Below are positions 13,294 through 27,074 of a stretch of DNA of 64,000 nt, piece by piece. Origin of the DNA: Eledone cirrhosa (Eukaryota); NCBI GenBank assembly GCA_964016885.1, contig OZ024745.1, positions 88,226,001 to 88,290,000 of the forward strand. The letters are read 5' to 3'. A program made the position numbers and the translations under genes. The stretch's first letter is position 1. Every line of letters begins with the position of its first letter. Below the pieces are notes generated by a model. That model was not told the DNA's origin. It saw only the letters and a list, made by a program, of their open reading frames with translations, and did not search any database.

Positions 13294-14265
13294 ATGAAAA
13301 GTACACACCTAAATGCCACCCATAATATACCCCAAAATACTAAATCTTCTAATATAAAGTATAGTAACCCTCAAAAAACTACTCATCATACAACTATAAT
13401 AAATATTAATAATAAAACTCCTAATAAAAAAGATAAAACACCTAAATCTACAAATATAACTAAAAATAGTTGTGGTGAGATCATTAACATTAATCCTCCT
13501 AGTAAAAATCATGATACAACATATAAAAATAATAAAAATAATAAACAACATAGAAACCGTAATAGACGAGTTACTTGGTATAATGCTCCTTTTAATTTAC
13601 AAGTTAAGGATAATATTGCTAAAAAAATTTTTTATATCCTTGAGAAAAACTTCCCGCCAAACCACAAATACCATCAAATCTTAAATAGGTCTACAGTTAA
13701 ATTCTCATACTCTACAACAAATAACATAAAACAAAATATAAGTGCATATAATGCATATAAATGTAAGAAAACCATAAGTATACCACCAGTACATCAAATT
13801 AACAATAATATCTCCTCAAATACAGAATTAACGAAAGGATGTAACTGTAGAAACAAAACAAACTGCCCATTAAAAGGGAATTGTCTTGTTAACAACATAG
13901 TCTATAAATGTAATGTTAAAACTAAAGATTCTATTTGCTCATATATAGGAGCTACCTCTAACAATTTTAAGACAAGGTATAATACCCACAAACATAGCTT
14001 TAAAAATGCCGCACTGGCTAATACAACATCTCTAGCAGAAAAAATCAATAGTTATAAAAATAAAAATATAAAATATGATTTGACCTGGAGTGTGCTCAAA
14101 AGAGCCACCCCTTATCAAAATAATAGAAAGGAATGTAGATTATGTTCCCAAGAACTATTTGAAATAATGAAGTCTAGGGATATCTTATTAAATAAACGAC
14201 AGGAATTAATTATATCGTGTAATCATAAACTAAAAAAAACATTTAAATATTATAAACCTAATTAA
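13294..14265 (+). pseudogene. PLE C-terminal GIY-YIG endonuclease (truncated ORF)
   Basis: WYNAPF, HQILNRSTVKFSYS, CNCRNKTNCPLKGNCL, IVYKC...YIG, FKTRYNTHKHSF, CRLC, LNKRQEL..SCNH. Confidence 0.9.
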
Positions 14266-15449
14266 TAACATTATTCTAGAATTTAATTTAATTTAAATGT
14301 TAGTTAACCTATAAATTTAATTTAATTAATATTTTATTACAGATGAGAAAATATTATGTAATCATAAATTTTGAAAAACCTTTAAATATTACTAATATAT
14401 ACTCAGTAATTTAATTTATAGATTAATTTTAATTTATTTAAACCTTTTTATTATAATTCTTTTACAGATAAAATATAACAAAATAATATCATGTATCCAA
14501 TGACGGAGAAAGAATTTTTAGTATTATAGACCTAATTAATATACATTTTGGAAATATATTTATTATTTGGTTTTAGTTTTAATCAACCTAAAATTTTAAT
14601 TTTAATTTGCTTAAAATTAGTATCCTTGTACAGACGAATTGCAGAATGTCATGTAATCATAGAATGGGATGTGTTTTGGATATATACCTAGTTAATATAT
14701 TCTGTGCAATTTTTTGAAAAAGATATGTATATGTATATGTATATGTATATGTGTGTGTTGTGTATGTGTATCTGTATGTATGTTTATGTGAGTATATATG
14801 TATATATGTGTATATATATGTATATATATATATATATGTGTGTATATGTATATATATGTGTATGTGTATGTATATGTATATGTATGCGTATTAATTTTGA
14901 TTTTTATTTGCATATAATTATATTATGCTATTGATGAAATACAATATCTGCTTTATGTATTGTATACCTAATTAACATATACTAATTAACGTATACTATT
15001 GAAATAAATATATAATTTTTAATTTAGTTAACATATAATTTATATGCTACTACTGATGTAATACTTTATTTTATTTTTATTTGGGTTTCTTTTCCCTATT
15101 ACTAAATTCATCTCCTAATATTGATACCATAACGTTATTAACTTTAATTTAGTTATAATGTAATTAATAATCTACTACTGTTTGACTTCATAATTCTGCT
15201 TCAAATATTATAAACCTAACTAATTTACACCTTAGAAATCAATATGTTGACTATCTTTGGTTTAGTTAACATATGATTAATGGTATACTTTTTTGTTTTG
15301 AGATGCATAGATTTCGTATTTCCTAGCACTGAAAATATGTAAGAACATACATTGAATTAAGATACGGAAAATATTATATGTTTCTTGAAACATATATTTA
15401 CTTTGATCCCCTTCTCCAAACCCCCCCTTTCCCCCATACTATTATCATC

Positions 15450-16042
15450 TGTATTTGTAAGCGTATATGTATGAATATATATGTAGGTGGGTGTCTATAT
15501 AGGTTTTGGTATTTATTTCTAAATATAAAAATACATATATGAGCATGTAAATATGAATGTAAGATTGAGTGTGTATATATGATTGTACATACATATGTAT
15601 GTATATATATGTATATATATGTATTATATATGTATGTGTATGTGAATGTGTGGTATGTATATGTGTATATATATGTATATATGTGTATGTATGTGTATGC
15701 TTGTATATAGGAATATATATGTGTGTATATATGTATGTATATGTATATGCGTGTTTGTATGTATGTGTATATGTGTTGTGTATATATTTGTATGTCTCTC
15801 TATTTATATGTTTATCTTCGTATCTATGTGATATATGTGTGTGTGTGTGCACGTATGCATATGTATGTGTTTGTGTGTGTTTGTATGTGTGTGTGTATAT
15901 ATGTGTATGTGCGCACACTCACATACACATATATATATATATATATATGTGAGTGTGTATGTGTGTCTGTGTGTGTGTGTGTGTGTGTATGTGTGTATAT
16001 ATATGTATATATATGTATGTATGTATATATATATATATATAG

Positions 16043-16077
<35 letters not shown>

Positions 16078-16187
16078 GGTGTCTATGTGTGAATATATGT
16101 CTTTATTCGTATGTGTGTATTTATGTATGTATATATTTATGTGTATGTATGTATGTGTATATATGTATGTATATATATATATATATG

Positions 16188-16226
<39 letters not shown>

Positions 16227-16552
16227 TATTCTTTATTATTATTGTAATATAACTTATGTGTATATGTGTATAAGTGAGGTTGTGTATGTATATATACTAT
16301 GTGTATATATAAGAGTAATGAAATATATATATATATATATATATGTGCATGTCTGTTTTTTACGTGTGTGTATATATATATATGTATGTGTATATATATA
16401 TATATATATATGTGTACGTGTGTGTATGTGGATATATATATATATATATATATACATGTGGGTGTTTGTATGTGTATTTATGGTGGTATGAGTGTGTGGA
16501 TATATATGTTTATATATATATATGTATATGTATATATATATATGAGTCTATA

Positions 16553-16611
<59 letters not shown>

Positions 16612-16958
16612 GTATGTGTATGTATGTGTATGTGTATGTATATATATGTGTGTGTATGTACGTGTGTGTATATATATATATCTCTATTAATGCGTGTGTG
16701 TATGTATATACATATGCGTTTTTTTATTATTATTTTCATTTGTATGTCTGGGTTTGGTGAGGTGGTATTGTTTTTTATGTGTATACACATATATGGAAGC
16801 GTATGTATTTATTTATATGAGTATAAGTAGGTGCATATGTATGTATGATTATATATCTAATTCTATGTATGAAGGTACATCTATATATATATATATATAT
16901 ATGTATATGCGTGTGTATGTAAGTTGTGTGTGTATGTATCTTTATGTCTATGTGAGTG

Positions 16959-16989
<31 letters not shown>

Positions 16990-17104
16990 ATATATGTATG
17001 TATATATATGTATATCGATGTGCGTATATGTATGTACATGTATGTACATGTATGTGTGTATGTATGTGTATGTATATTTAGATGTATGGGTATGTATGTG
17101 TATA

Positions 17105-17159
<55 letters not shown>

Positions 17160-17400
17160 ATATATATATATATGGATATATATCTTTATTATCTATTTTT
17201 TATATATATGTGTATGTGTGTATGTGTTGCGCGTGTGTGTGTGTGTATATATATCTTTTTATATGTGTATGTGTATGTTCGTGTAAATGTATGTGTGTGT
17301 ATGACTGTATAGGTATGTGTGTATGTGTGTATGTGTAAATATCTCTATGTGCGCGTACATGTATGTATGTGTATGTATATCTGTATGTGTATGTACATTA
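15450..17400. repeat. About 2-kb compound (TA)/(TG)/(TATG) low-complexity tract
   Basis: Almost uninterrupted alternating purine-pyrimidine sequence. Confidence 0.95.
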
Positions 17401-17980
17401 TATTATATTTATTATATTTTATTGTTTTTATTTTTTTATTTTTCTTAATTTATAGATACATTTATATTAGGCAGTCTGGTCTGACAATCTAATACTGACC
17501 CCTTCCCCCCCCTCCCACCTAATTTCTGTATCTTGATCTTGAAATGTGTGTGCCAGTGTTTTATGTGAGTGACTTAATTTCTATTTGCTTATGATTTTAT
17601 ATCCACATATATAAATGTGAGTGGGGGAGTGTGTGTGTTTGTATGTTCGTGGTTATGTGTATATTTATGCATATACGCGCATGTATGTGTGATTATACTG
17701 ATATGTGTGAGTATGAAAAAAATATATTTATATGCTTGACTCCATAAGTATCATTGCGCATCTTATCAGCGCATTAAGCTTACAGAGATATTAACCTTGA
17801 AATTTTGTGTTTGCATCCATCTTTTTAGTATACACATACAAATTATACACACATTATTGTAAAATATGTGTAAGGTTTTTACATGTATATACACACACCA
17901 AACTGCTTTTAACCCTTTGTGTTTTCATTGGTCAATTTTGAACTGATATTTTGAATTGTTGTTATTATCAATAAATATAC

Positions 17981-18135
17981 TTCATTATTTCTGAAGACGG
18001 CGTATATATGAGTTAGGTATGTATATTTAATCTTGATAATTTGTATAATTTTGTATAATTTTGTACATAGATCTGTTGAATATGCATACCAATTATAACA
18101 CATATATACCCTAGAAACGATCGTTAAATAGTGAA
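17981..18135 (+). ncRNA. Type I hammerhead ribozyme with greatly extended stem II
   Basis: ttcattattt-CTGAAGA-[116 nt]-GAA-ACGATCGT-T^aaatagtgaa: 10-bp stem I and palindromic helix III. The insert self-pairs (gtatatatg/catatatac and ggtatgtatatt/aatatgcatacc). Confidence 0.75.
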
Positions 18136-18320
18136 CTTTTTTTGTTTAATATAAGGAATTGTTTGTTCATTATTTGTTTAATATTTTATCTTGACTCTGT
18201 ATACCGTTTATCTTTCACCGAAAGTGGATTTTCATTACATCTCTTCTTTCCATGATATCCGGAATACATTGAGTTCTTCATACGGATTGGACACTACCGT
18301 AAACTCTTGGTAGATTTATC

Positions 18321-18378
<58 letters not shown>

Positions 18379-18380
<2 letters not shown>

Positions 18381-18470
18381 TGATTGTTTCTACTTTTGGC
18401 AAAAGGCCAGCAATTATCCAGTACATTACTGGTACTTTATTTTATCGACTCCGTAAGGATGAAAGGCAAA
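18379..18470 (-). mobile_element. SINE 3' half
   Basis: Matches 19235-19325 as reverse complement. Confidence 0.85.
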
Positions 18471-19131
18471 TAATAATAATAATATATATATATAGTGGTA
18501 AACGACAGGGAGGTTATATCCGTAGTAAGCAGATCACTCCGTATGGCTCCTTGAAAATCCCTTCGGTGAAACGCACATCCTCGAGTATGGTTTGCTAATT
18601 TGTTGAGGAACTATCTCTCTCTTTCTTCTCTCTCTCTCTTCTCTCTCTATCTCTTCTCTCTCTCTCTCACTCTCTCTCTCAATATATATATTTATATATA
18701 TATATATATATATATTGTTATACTTGGGGAGGGTCATATTTGTGTAATAATATTGCCAGAATTAATAACAGAACACACTCACTGTTTGCTTGGTTTTCGC
18801 TTCTGTATCTTTTATATCGGTTAATTTAATTTATTCGGTCCTCAATGTTAACATTGACCGACCAACAGTCAAAAATACAGATATAATATAGACACAAACA
18901 CTTATATATAGTCTACCAAGGTTCTTTCGTTGCACATCTGCAACATTGTCAGTGGTGCTATTATGTTTCCTCCTGTTGTATTGTATGCCTACGCCATCTT
19001 TATTTAATCATTCTAATATGTTTATAAATATTTTGTATATATATATATATGTATGTATTAGCAGGAGAAGTCAGTCAGATGCAACCAATGGTGCCCTCTC
19101 ATAGTTGCATGGCATTATTAGTAAAGGATAT

Positions 19132-19325
19132 AGGCGGTGGATTGGGAGTATTGGTAGAGGGTCGGACGCCATGATTTGACGCATAGAGTTACGGCCCTTG
19201 CAATTCTGAGTTCAAATCCCGCCGAGGTTAACTTTGCCTTTCATCCTTAAGGGGTCGATAAAATAAAGTACCAGTAATACACTGGGTATTTGCTGGCCTT
19301 GTGCCTAACGTAGAAACAATTATTA
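19132..19325 (+). mobile_element. Full-length tRNA-derived SINE (MetaSINE-like)
   Basis: ggcggtggattgggagtattggtagag head, B box gagttcaaatccc, core gcctttcatccttaaggggtcgataaaataaagtaccag, (TTA) tail. Confidence 0.9.
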
Positions 19326-19396
19326 GTAAAGGATATGTAGTCTCACCAATAGTTAGTAGCATTGCCAACAACTATAGTCTATACATAATGTTAAAT

Positions 19397-19487
<91 letters not shown>

Positions 19488-19500
19488 CTATATATATATG

Positions 19501-19549
<49 letters not shown>

Positions 19550-19884
19550 GATAACAGAAGAAATATAATAATAGACTAGGAAAAGAGGCAAGGAACGGAA
19601 AATATATTTTTGCAGTGAAATCACGTCAGCCATTTTGGGTTTTACATATGTACATATATATATATATAATTACATAAACGGAGAAAGTAAATAGCGATAC
19701 TCCGACCAATTTCCAGCTCACCCAACAAGCATTAGGAAATACCGGAGTATATTCCCAACTGAACGTTTGGAGTGCTAACTATATTGTTTCGTGTGGATAA
19801 TTGGTTGTATTATTTTATATGAGATATATTAAAGAGGCATATGTATACATGTATATGTATATGTATATATATATATATATTATA

Positions 19885-19945
<61 letters not shown>

Positions 19946-20169
19946 TAGTAAAAAGGAAAAGAAAATGCTGACAAATTTTTTCCCAGTGAAAAATAGTTTA
20001 ATTAGGAATAAGTATAAATTAATAATAACATTGGTTAGTATTCAGTTTTAGTTTTAAGTTCTTACCGGTTGCACATTTCTAATGCTTTTCAAAAGTAATT
20101 TTGAGATAGAGCGCTCGTGATGTTTGCTCTAATCTGATATATATATATATATATATACATAAATATTTG

Positions 20170-20253
<84 letters not shown>

Positions 20254-20363
20254 GTAATAAAATGAAAACGAAATTTCATTTCTCACTCTTAGTACGGCAC
20301 TTACTTAAATGTAAGTATGTATGTATACGTACATACATATATGTACACAGACGTACAGTAGCA

Positions 20364-20435
<72 letters not shown>

Positions 20436-20684
20436 TACAGGTACACATACATATATGTACGCATCAGTTTAGCGGACGCTTATTATAGCGCCCGCTTTGT
20501 TCGTTTGTAAACAAACTGAACAGCCTGAATTTATGAAATTTCGTTTTCATTTTATTATAACTCATCGTTTTCGGTGCGCCTGACCGATTTAACTCACTCG
20601 ATATGCAAATTAGGCTGCTCAGCCGTTAATTTTCATAAGGAAAGTATATACTTTCGAACGTTCAACTATCTGGCAGATGGGTAT

Positions 20685-20727
20685 ACGGTGCTGATGATAG
20701 CTAACAAGCTTGAAACTAGTACATCGT
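20685..20727 (+). ncRNA. Canonical minimal type I hammerhead ribozyme
   Basis: acggtg-CTGATGA-t-agc(taacaa)gct-t-GAA-ACTAGT-A^catcgt. Confidence 0.85.
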
Positions 20728-20880
20728 TCCTGTGTCAGTGTTGAACAAATAGGTGACGTGGTTGCCTTAACACCGTGCGGCATAAATTCAGGCTGTTCAG
20801 TTTGTTTACAAACGAACAAAGCGGGCGCTATAATAAGCGTCCGCTAAACTGATGCGTACATATATGTATGTGTACCTGTA

Positions 20881-20914
<34 letters not shown>

Positions 20915-21150
20915 TGCTACTGTACGTCTGTATACATATATGTATGTACGTATACATACATACTTACATTTAAGTAAGTGCCGTACTAAGAGTGAGAAAT
21001 GATATTTCGTTTTCATTTTATTACAACTCATCGTTTTCGGTGCACCTGACCGATTTAACTCACTCGATATGCAAATTAGGCTGCTCAGCCGTTAATTTTC
21101 ATAAGGAAAGTATATACTTTCGAACGTTCAACTATCTGGCAGATGGGTAT

Positions 21151-21193
21151 ACGGTGCTGATGATAGCTAACAAGCTTGAAACTAGTACATCGT
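21151..21193 (+). ncRNA. Canonical minimal type I hammerhead ribozyme (second tandem copy)
   Basis: Identical to 20685-20727 and 466 bp downstream. Confidence 0.85.
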
Positions 21194-21432
21194 TCCTGTG
21201 TCAGTGTTGAACAAAAAGGTGACGTGGTTGCCTTAACACCGTGCGGCATAAATTCAGGCTGTTCAGTTTGTTTACAAACGAACAAAGCGGGCGCTATAAT
21301 AAGCGTCCGCTAAACTGATGCGTACATATATGTATGTATACCTGTATGCATATATATATATATATATACATATGCATGCTACTGTACGTCTGTATACATA
21401 TATGTATGTACGTATACATACATACTTACATT

Positions 21433-21519
<87 letters not shown>

Positions 21520-21725
21520 TTAGAGCAAACATCACGAGCGCTCTATCTCAAAATCATAACATATGTAGTTACAGAAGAGATGGAATAGTTTCGGAACACT
21601 GTGATTATAATACGTTCTGGGTTTAAGAATTATACGAATAAAAAGGAGAATTAGACGAAAGTTCTTATATATATACATATATATATACATGTGTATATAT
21701 ATATACATATATATATATATCATTA

Positions 21726-22726
21726 TCTATAAAAGGCTGATTGTTGTTGTTGTGTGTGTGTGTGTGTGCATGTTCCATGTTTATACATCGGCACAATTTC
21801 AATCCGCTCCGACTCAACATCTGTAAGAATGTTGTAAATGATCCAACTTAGTTAGCCGACTATTTACTTCATTCTCACTCACCCACAATTATGGAAATAA
21901 TCGATAAAACTAAATACATGACGCTTTAACCCTCTAATAGAATCTGATTACCTCTCTCTACTCCCCTTAAACTTAACCTCTCTCTACTCCCCTTAAACTT
22001 AAGCGAGAGAGAGAGAGAGCGAGTGAGAGGGAGAGAGAGAGAGAAAGTTTGTTTTTTAGTGTGGAACGGTGAAATATTTATTTACTTCAATGACAAAGAG
22101 AACTTATTACATTTCATTAGAAACAACATTTATTCAAAAGCAACAGATACATTTATTCAACAACAAAAAATAGCGATAAATCTTTTTTAAAACATCTATC
22201 AACGAACGTGGAAGAAAGAAGTATCAGTTCATTTACTATACACAATAATATCCTCTATGTGGTCACTAAACCTGCTAGACACACAGCTAACTCTACCCCA
22301 TATCACACCACTCCTTACTGTCTTAAATTTAGAAAACATATCCTCTATGAGGTCACTAAACCTGCTAGAAACAGCAGCTAACTCTCCCCCATATCACAAC
22401 CCTCCTCACTGTCTTAAATTTAGAAAACACACATTAGACAACCATGCAGAACAACTCCATCGCAGCCCTGTTGTTCGGCTGGCATCGTCTACACGCGTGT
22501 TGCGCAAGTACTGTGAAACAATCAATTTCAACACTTCTTTGCACAGAGATAATATCCATAGGCGAAACTACAATTGTCACTGCTTGCGCAGCTCCTGCTT
22601 CGGCGTTCCAGGTGTGCAATTCATTCACCCAGTGCCTGGCAGACAAAAAAGTGGTGCCATAAAATGGGTGGTGCAACCTAACTTTCGTAACTTATTGACC
22701 CCGAGCGACGCCGGGCTTTAATGGTA

Positions 22727-22727
<1 letters not shown>
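21726..22727 (+). mobile_element. Non-autonomous Helitron
   Basis: Starts TCTAT with a (TG)n tract. Ends with hairpin cccgagcgacgccggg (22700-22715) and GTAG-t (CTAG variant). Flanked by (TA)n. The termini resemble those of 6413-8057. Confidence 0.75.
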
Positions 22728-22765
<38 letters not shown>

Positions 22766-22800
22766 CTATATATATATATACACATACATATATATATATG

Positions 22801-22915
<115 letters not shown>

Positions 22916-23818
22916 ATATATATATACATGTGTGTGTATATATATATAAGAACTTTCGTCTTATTCTCCTTTTTATTCGTATAATTCTTAAACCAAGAAC
23001 GTATTATAATCAGTGTTCCGAAACCATTCTATCTCTTCTGTAACTACATATGTTATAAGTTTGTTAGTTGCTAATCCCCCATTTTATCATAGATATATTT
23101 ATTACTGATAAATGCTTCCATAAATTTGTTATGTTTCATTAGTATATTCTATTAATATTAATTGTATAACTTCAGTTACATAATTCATAATTTCTATTTC
23201 TATACCCCCAGCACTATTTAGTCAATAGTATATTTTGAACCAAGGTATTTATTTATTCGTAATTTATCGATTCTGAGGGTTTATTCTTACAGGAATGGAA
23301 TGTTATTATTAGTATAAGGAAATAGTCGTAAATCTATTAAATATTTTAATTAAAATCCTTGTTAATCTTTTGTTATATATATAAATTTCCAATCACTCAA
23401 CCGTGATTGGAAATTTATCCATTGGATTAACTCTGAACTGTGTATTACCTATCTTACTGGAGACTATAAAAGCACATTAAGATGTGTGTGTATGTGTATA
23501 TATATATATATTTGTGTATATGTATGAGTGTATATGTATGTGTATATAACTGTGTGTATGCGTACGTGTGCATGCAAAACAGCTATTATAGGAAACGAAA
23601 CGTGAGAAAAATACGGTACAATGATGATATATATTGGTTTAATACTTGATATAGTAGGAAAGTCTTATTCTTCTCCGGAAGACTGAATGAGTTATAGAAA
23701 TAAAATAGGAGGAAAGACGAGCGTAGAAGACGAAGGACTGGAAAAATATTTAATTTTACCCGAGCGAAGCATATGTGTATTGTGTATATATAAATCTGTT
23801 ATTATATATATATATATA

Positions 23819-23937
<119 letters not shown>

Positions 23938-24031
23938 TATGTATATTTGTATATATATATATATGTATATATGTATATATATATATATACTGCATAATCA
24001 AGAATCTCTCCGGAAGTAACCCCATTACAAT

Positions 24032-25069
24032 GTGGCATATTGGATAAGTTGGTCTAAAGCCCAACGAAACTCTAATCACCCCAGATCTGTTAAAAATACT
24101 ATAGTGAACGCTGTTCAAGAACGAATTTCAAGAATTTCATCTAATAAAAATATATTTGATGAAAAAGCGCAGTATTACAACGAAGCATTAGCTAGAGCTG
24201 GATATAGAAATAAAATTAAATACATCGATAATAATAATTGTTTCTACTTTAGGCACAAGGCCAGCAATTACCCAAATAATAATAATAATAGGCAAACTAA
24301 CCAAAATAATAACAATTTCAATTTCAACTTTAACAACTATAATAGAAATCATTACAATAATTCCAAAAGCCGAAAAAGAAATAGAACTAGAAATATATTA
24401 ATGTTTGCTCCCCCTTTCTCACTAAATATTAAAACCCCTATTGCTAAACTATTCTTTAAAGCTCTTGACACACGCTTCCCTAGAACACATAAATATCACT
24501 CAATTTTTAATAGACACACCACAAAATTAACTTACTCGTCCACCAAAAACTTAGCACAACATATTAATAGAATTAATAATAGGAATTTAAAACCTAACCA
24601 AAATACCAATAATAACCCAAACAATATTCAATTAAATAACTGTAACTGTAGAAATAAATCTAACTGTCCGTTAAGTAACAACTGCTTAGCTAAAAATGTA
24701 GTGTACAATTGTAATGTTAAAACTAATTTAAATTCATTTAACTATGTTGGTTCCACCTCTACAGAATTTAAATTTCGCTTCAATAATCATAAGAATTCTT
24801 TCACAGATCCAAACAAAAAATCTTCAACTTCGCTATCTAGCCTACTATGGGACCTAAAACGAGATAATATTAAATATTCGATGAATTGGAATATTATCTC
24901 ACAGGGTACTCCTTTTAATTCCTCTTCAGAAAATTGTGATCTTTGTATTGAAGAAATATTCTTTATATTAAAGTCCAAAAATTCCCTTAATCTGAGGAAC
25001 AATTTATTCAGTTGCTGCAGACATAGATTGAACTCAACGTTTAAATATAAATATAAATTTAAAATGTAG
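24032..25069 (+). pseudogene. PLE RT thumb plus GIY-YIG endonuclease (truncated ORF)
   Basis: SNHPRS, RISRISS, YNEAL..AGY, CNCRNKSNCPL..NCL, VVYNC...YVG, FKFRFNNHK.SF, CDLC, CRH. Confidence 0.92.
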
Positions 25070-26544
25070 TATAATTAATTAAGTAATTTTAGTTAATATA
25101 TAGAACCTGTCGATAATCCATTAGATTCCTTCACCTTTTTCTTTTTAAACTTTCTTCCTAAATATAAACATGGATATAATAAACTACTCTAAAATGTCTA
25201 TACTTCCAATGTATTAAATAAAATCATTGGGTTTTTAAAATTTTTTACATCTTTTAAATTATTTTTATTTGTTTTGATTATGATAGCTTCTCATAACTTT
25301 CACAAGTCTACCCTCTCAATATTTTGATTGAGATATACGCAGGATAAATTTCTATACTAAATATATAAAACATATTATTTTAACTTAAGATACTCTATAG
25401 TGTTTTAATGATATTTAATGCTTTGATATTTCTAGATTTCTTTCGACTATATAGTTGCATTTTAAATGTTTATTGTTATGGTTATATTTACAAATTATAA
25501 CCCTTTGGTAATTTATTGATATTGGATTATCTCTATACAAATGCATATGTGTGTATTAACATGCATAGAAAGTGTTATAGATGTTTTGTGTTTGTATATG
25601 TGTCTGTATATATACATGAGTGATGCATGAGGACGCACGCAAATATTTATTATACCTATGTTATATATGTGTGTGTATATATCTATGTGGTTAAGAGGTA
25701 TGTTGCAGATGTGCATAATATTAAACACATGAATGTTAATCGTATATATGAGGACATGATTGTTAATCGTATATATTTGTATATATAAACTGTGGAATTT
25801 TTATAACACAATGACTGTATAACAGTGATTAAGAGAAATCATTTACGTTTTGTATGGCTATATTTTCAGGACGTGCGTATCTATATGTATGTATATATAT
25901 ATATGTATTTTTATGTCTTTGCATAAAATACTAATCTCTATACTAAGGGTACATTTTGAACTCAGATTTTGGTATATTGATCTCAAGTCTCTAAACTAAA
26001 CATATGGTCATTATTGAACAATGTTTAATTTCTCAAATTATATATCTATGTCCTATTCATGAATATTGATACTTATATTTATATTTTTATTATTCATTTC
26101 ATATAAATTGTTAACTTAACTTAATATGACATGACGTAAAGTTGTCACTGTCCCCCTCTCTCTATATAGTATTTCTCTCTCTTGAGTTTCTCTTTCTGTA
26201 TGATGACTTGATATCTCTCTTTTGCTTTCCTTTGTTTTTCTTATTCCTTTGTTTTTCTTATTCCTTCCTTTTCTTTCTTTTTTATTTCCTCCTATCTTTA
26301 TCTATCTCTTTCTTTTCTCAATACTTTTCTCTCTCTCTCCGATATTTCTCCAGGTTTTCTTTCTCTTTTCTTTCTTTCTCTCTCTCTGTCTTTGTTCTTT
26401 TCTCTTTCTTTCTCTCCGTCTTTTTCTAATTGTGCTTAACACTATGACTTATTATATGAACAAATCACTATCCAGACAGCCTCCAAAACTAATGGTTGTA
26501 TTTTAAAGGGTACGTCAAACCTATTTGTAAAACTGTTATATATT

Positions 26545-26610
26545 GTATTTTGTCTGATGAAGGCATACCATAATTTAATGTGGTATCCTTGAAATATGTA
26601 TAATGAAATA
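26545..26610 (+). ncRNA. Hammerhead-like motif in PLE pLTR
   Basis: CTGATGA-agg(c)atacca...tggtatcct-t-GAAATATGTA. Stem II is clear and stem I is imperfect. Confidence 0.7.
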
Positions 26611-26938
26611 AATATGGTTTTATAAATATCGTTTCCATTTATTAATATCGTATATCTACTCCAAAAATTTGTCGAGTTATAAAAATTTGTCGAGTTATAA
26701 AAATATTTACTTGTTGTATCCCAACAATTTTAAATAGAACTTTTGCATATATATATATATATATCAGAAATTGGGAATATAAAACGTATTCTTTTCGGAA
26801 TCTGAATTCTGTGTAGGGGGAAAGAAAGTTTATATAGGGGGGAAGCCAAAGTAGTTTTTCAATGAATTATGTCGTGAAAAAAGTAAGATACCAATGTTAT
26901 ATATTACTTTCTGTCAAGTTAATAAAATACGTATAGCA

Positions 26939-27023
<85 letters not shown>

Positions 27024-27074
27024 AATTACACAATTATACAAGTTATGTTCAAATCATTTTATTGCTGACTCGTT

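Larger units (their letters stand above)
13190..18325 (+). mobile_element. 5'-truncated Naiad-type PLE: RT thumb end, GIY-YIG, and long microsatellite-expanded 3' UTR with HHR
   Basis: ORF 13294-14265 is followed by an AT-rich UTR and an HHR at 17981-18135. The 3' extent is inferred. Confidence 0.7.
20250..21432 (+). mobile_element. Retrozyme-like non-coding module: inverted partial copy plus two tandem 466-bp units, each with an HHR
   Basis: 20536-21000 is repeated at 21002-21432, and 20250-20535 is the reverse complement of about 20781-21027. Confidence 0.85.
23990..26750 (+). mobile_element. 5'-truncated Naiad-type PLE with 3' pLTR
   Basis: ORF 24032-25069 and HHR core at 26554-26594. 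26600-26740 is homologous to the pLTR at 33200-33330 (reverse complement). Confidence 0.85.

Noticed and set aside
14692-17338. Numerous long ORFs rich in Y/I/V/C/M (also 45255-47339 and others)
   Set aside because: They are translations of TA/TG microsatellites that lack stop codons, not genes.
19132-19222. tRNA gene
   Set aside because: Only A/B-box-like motifs are present with no cloverleaf, and it is attached to a SINE core and tail.
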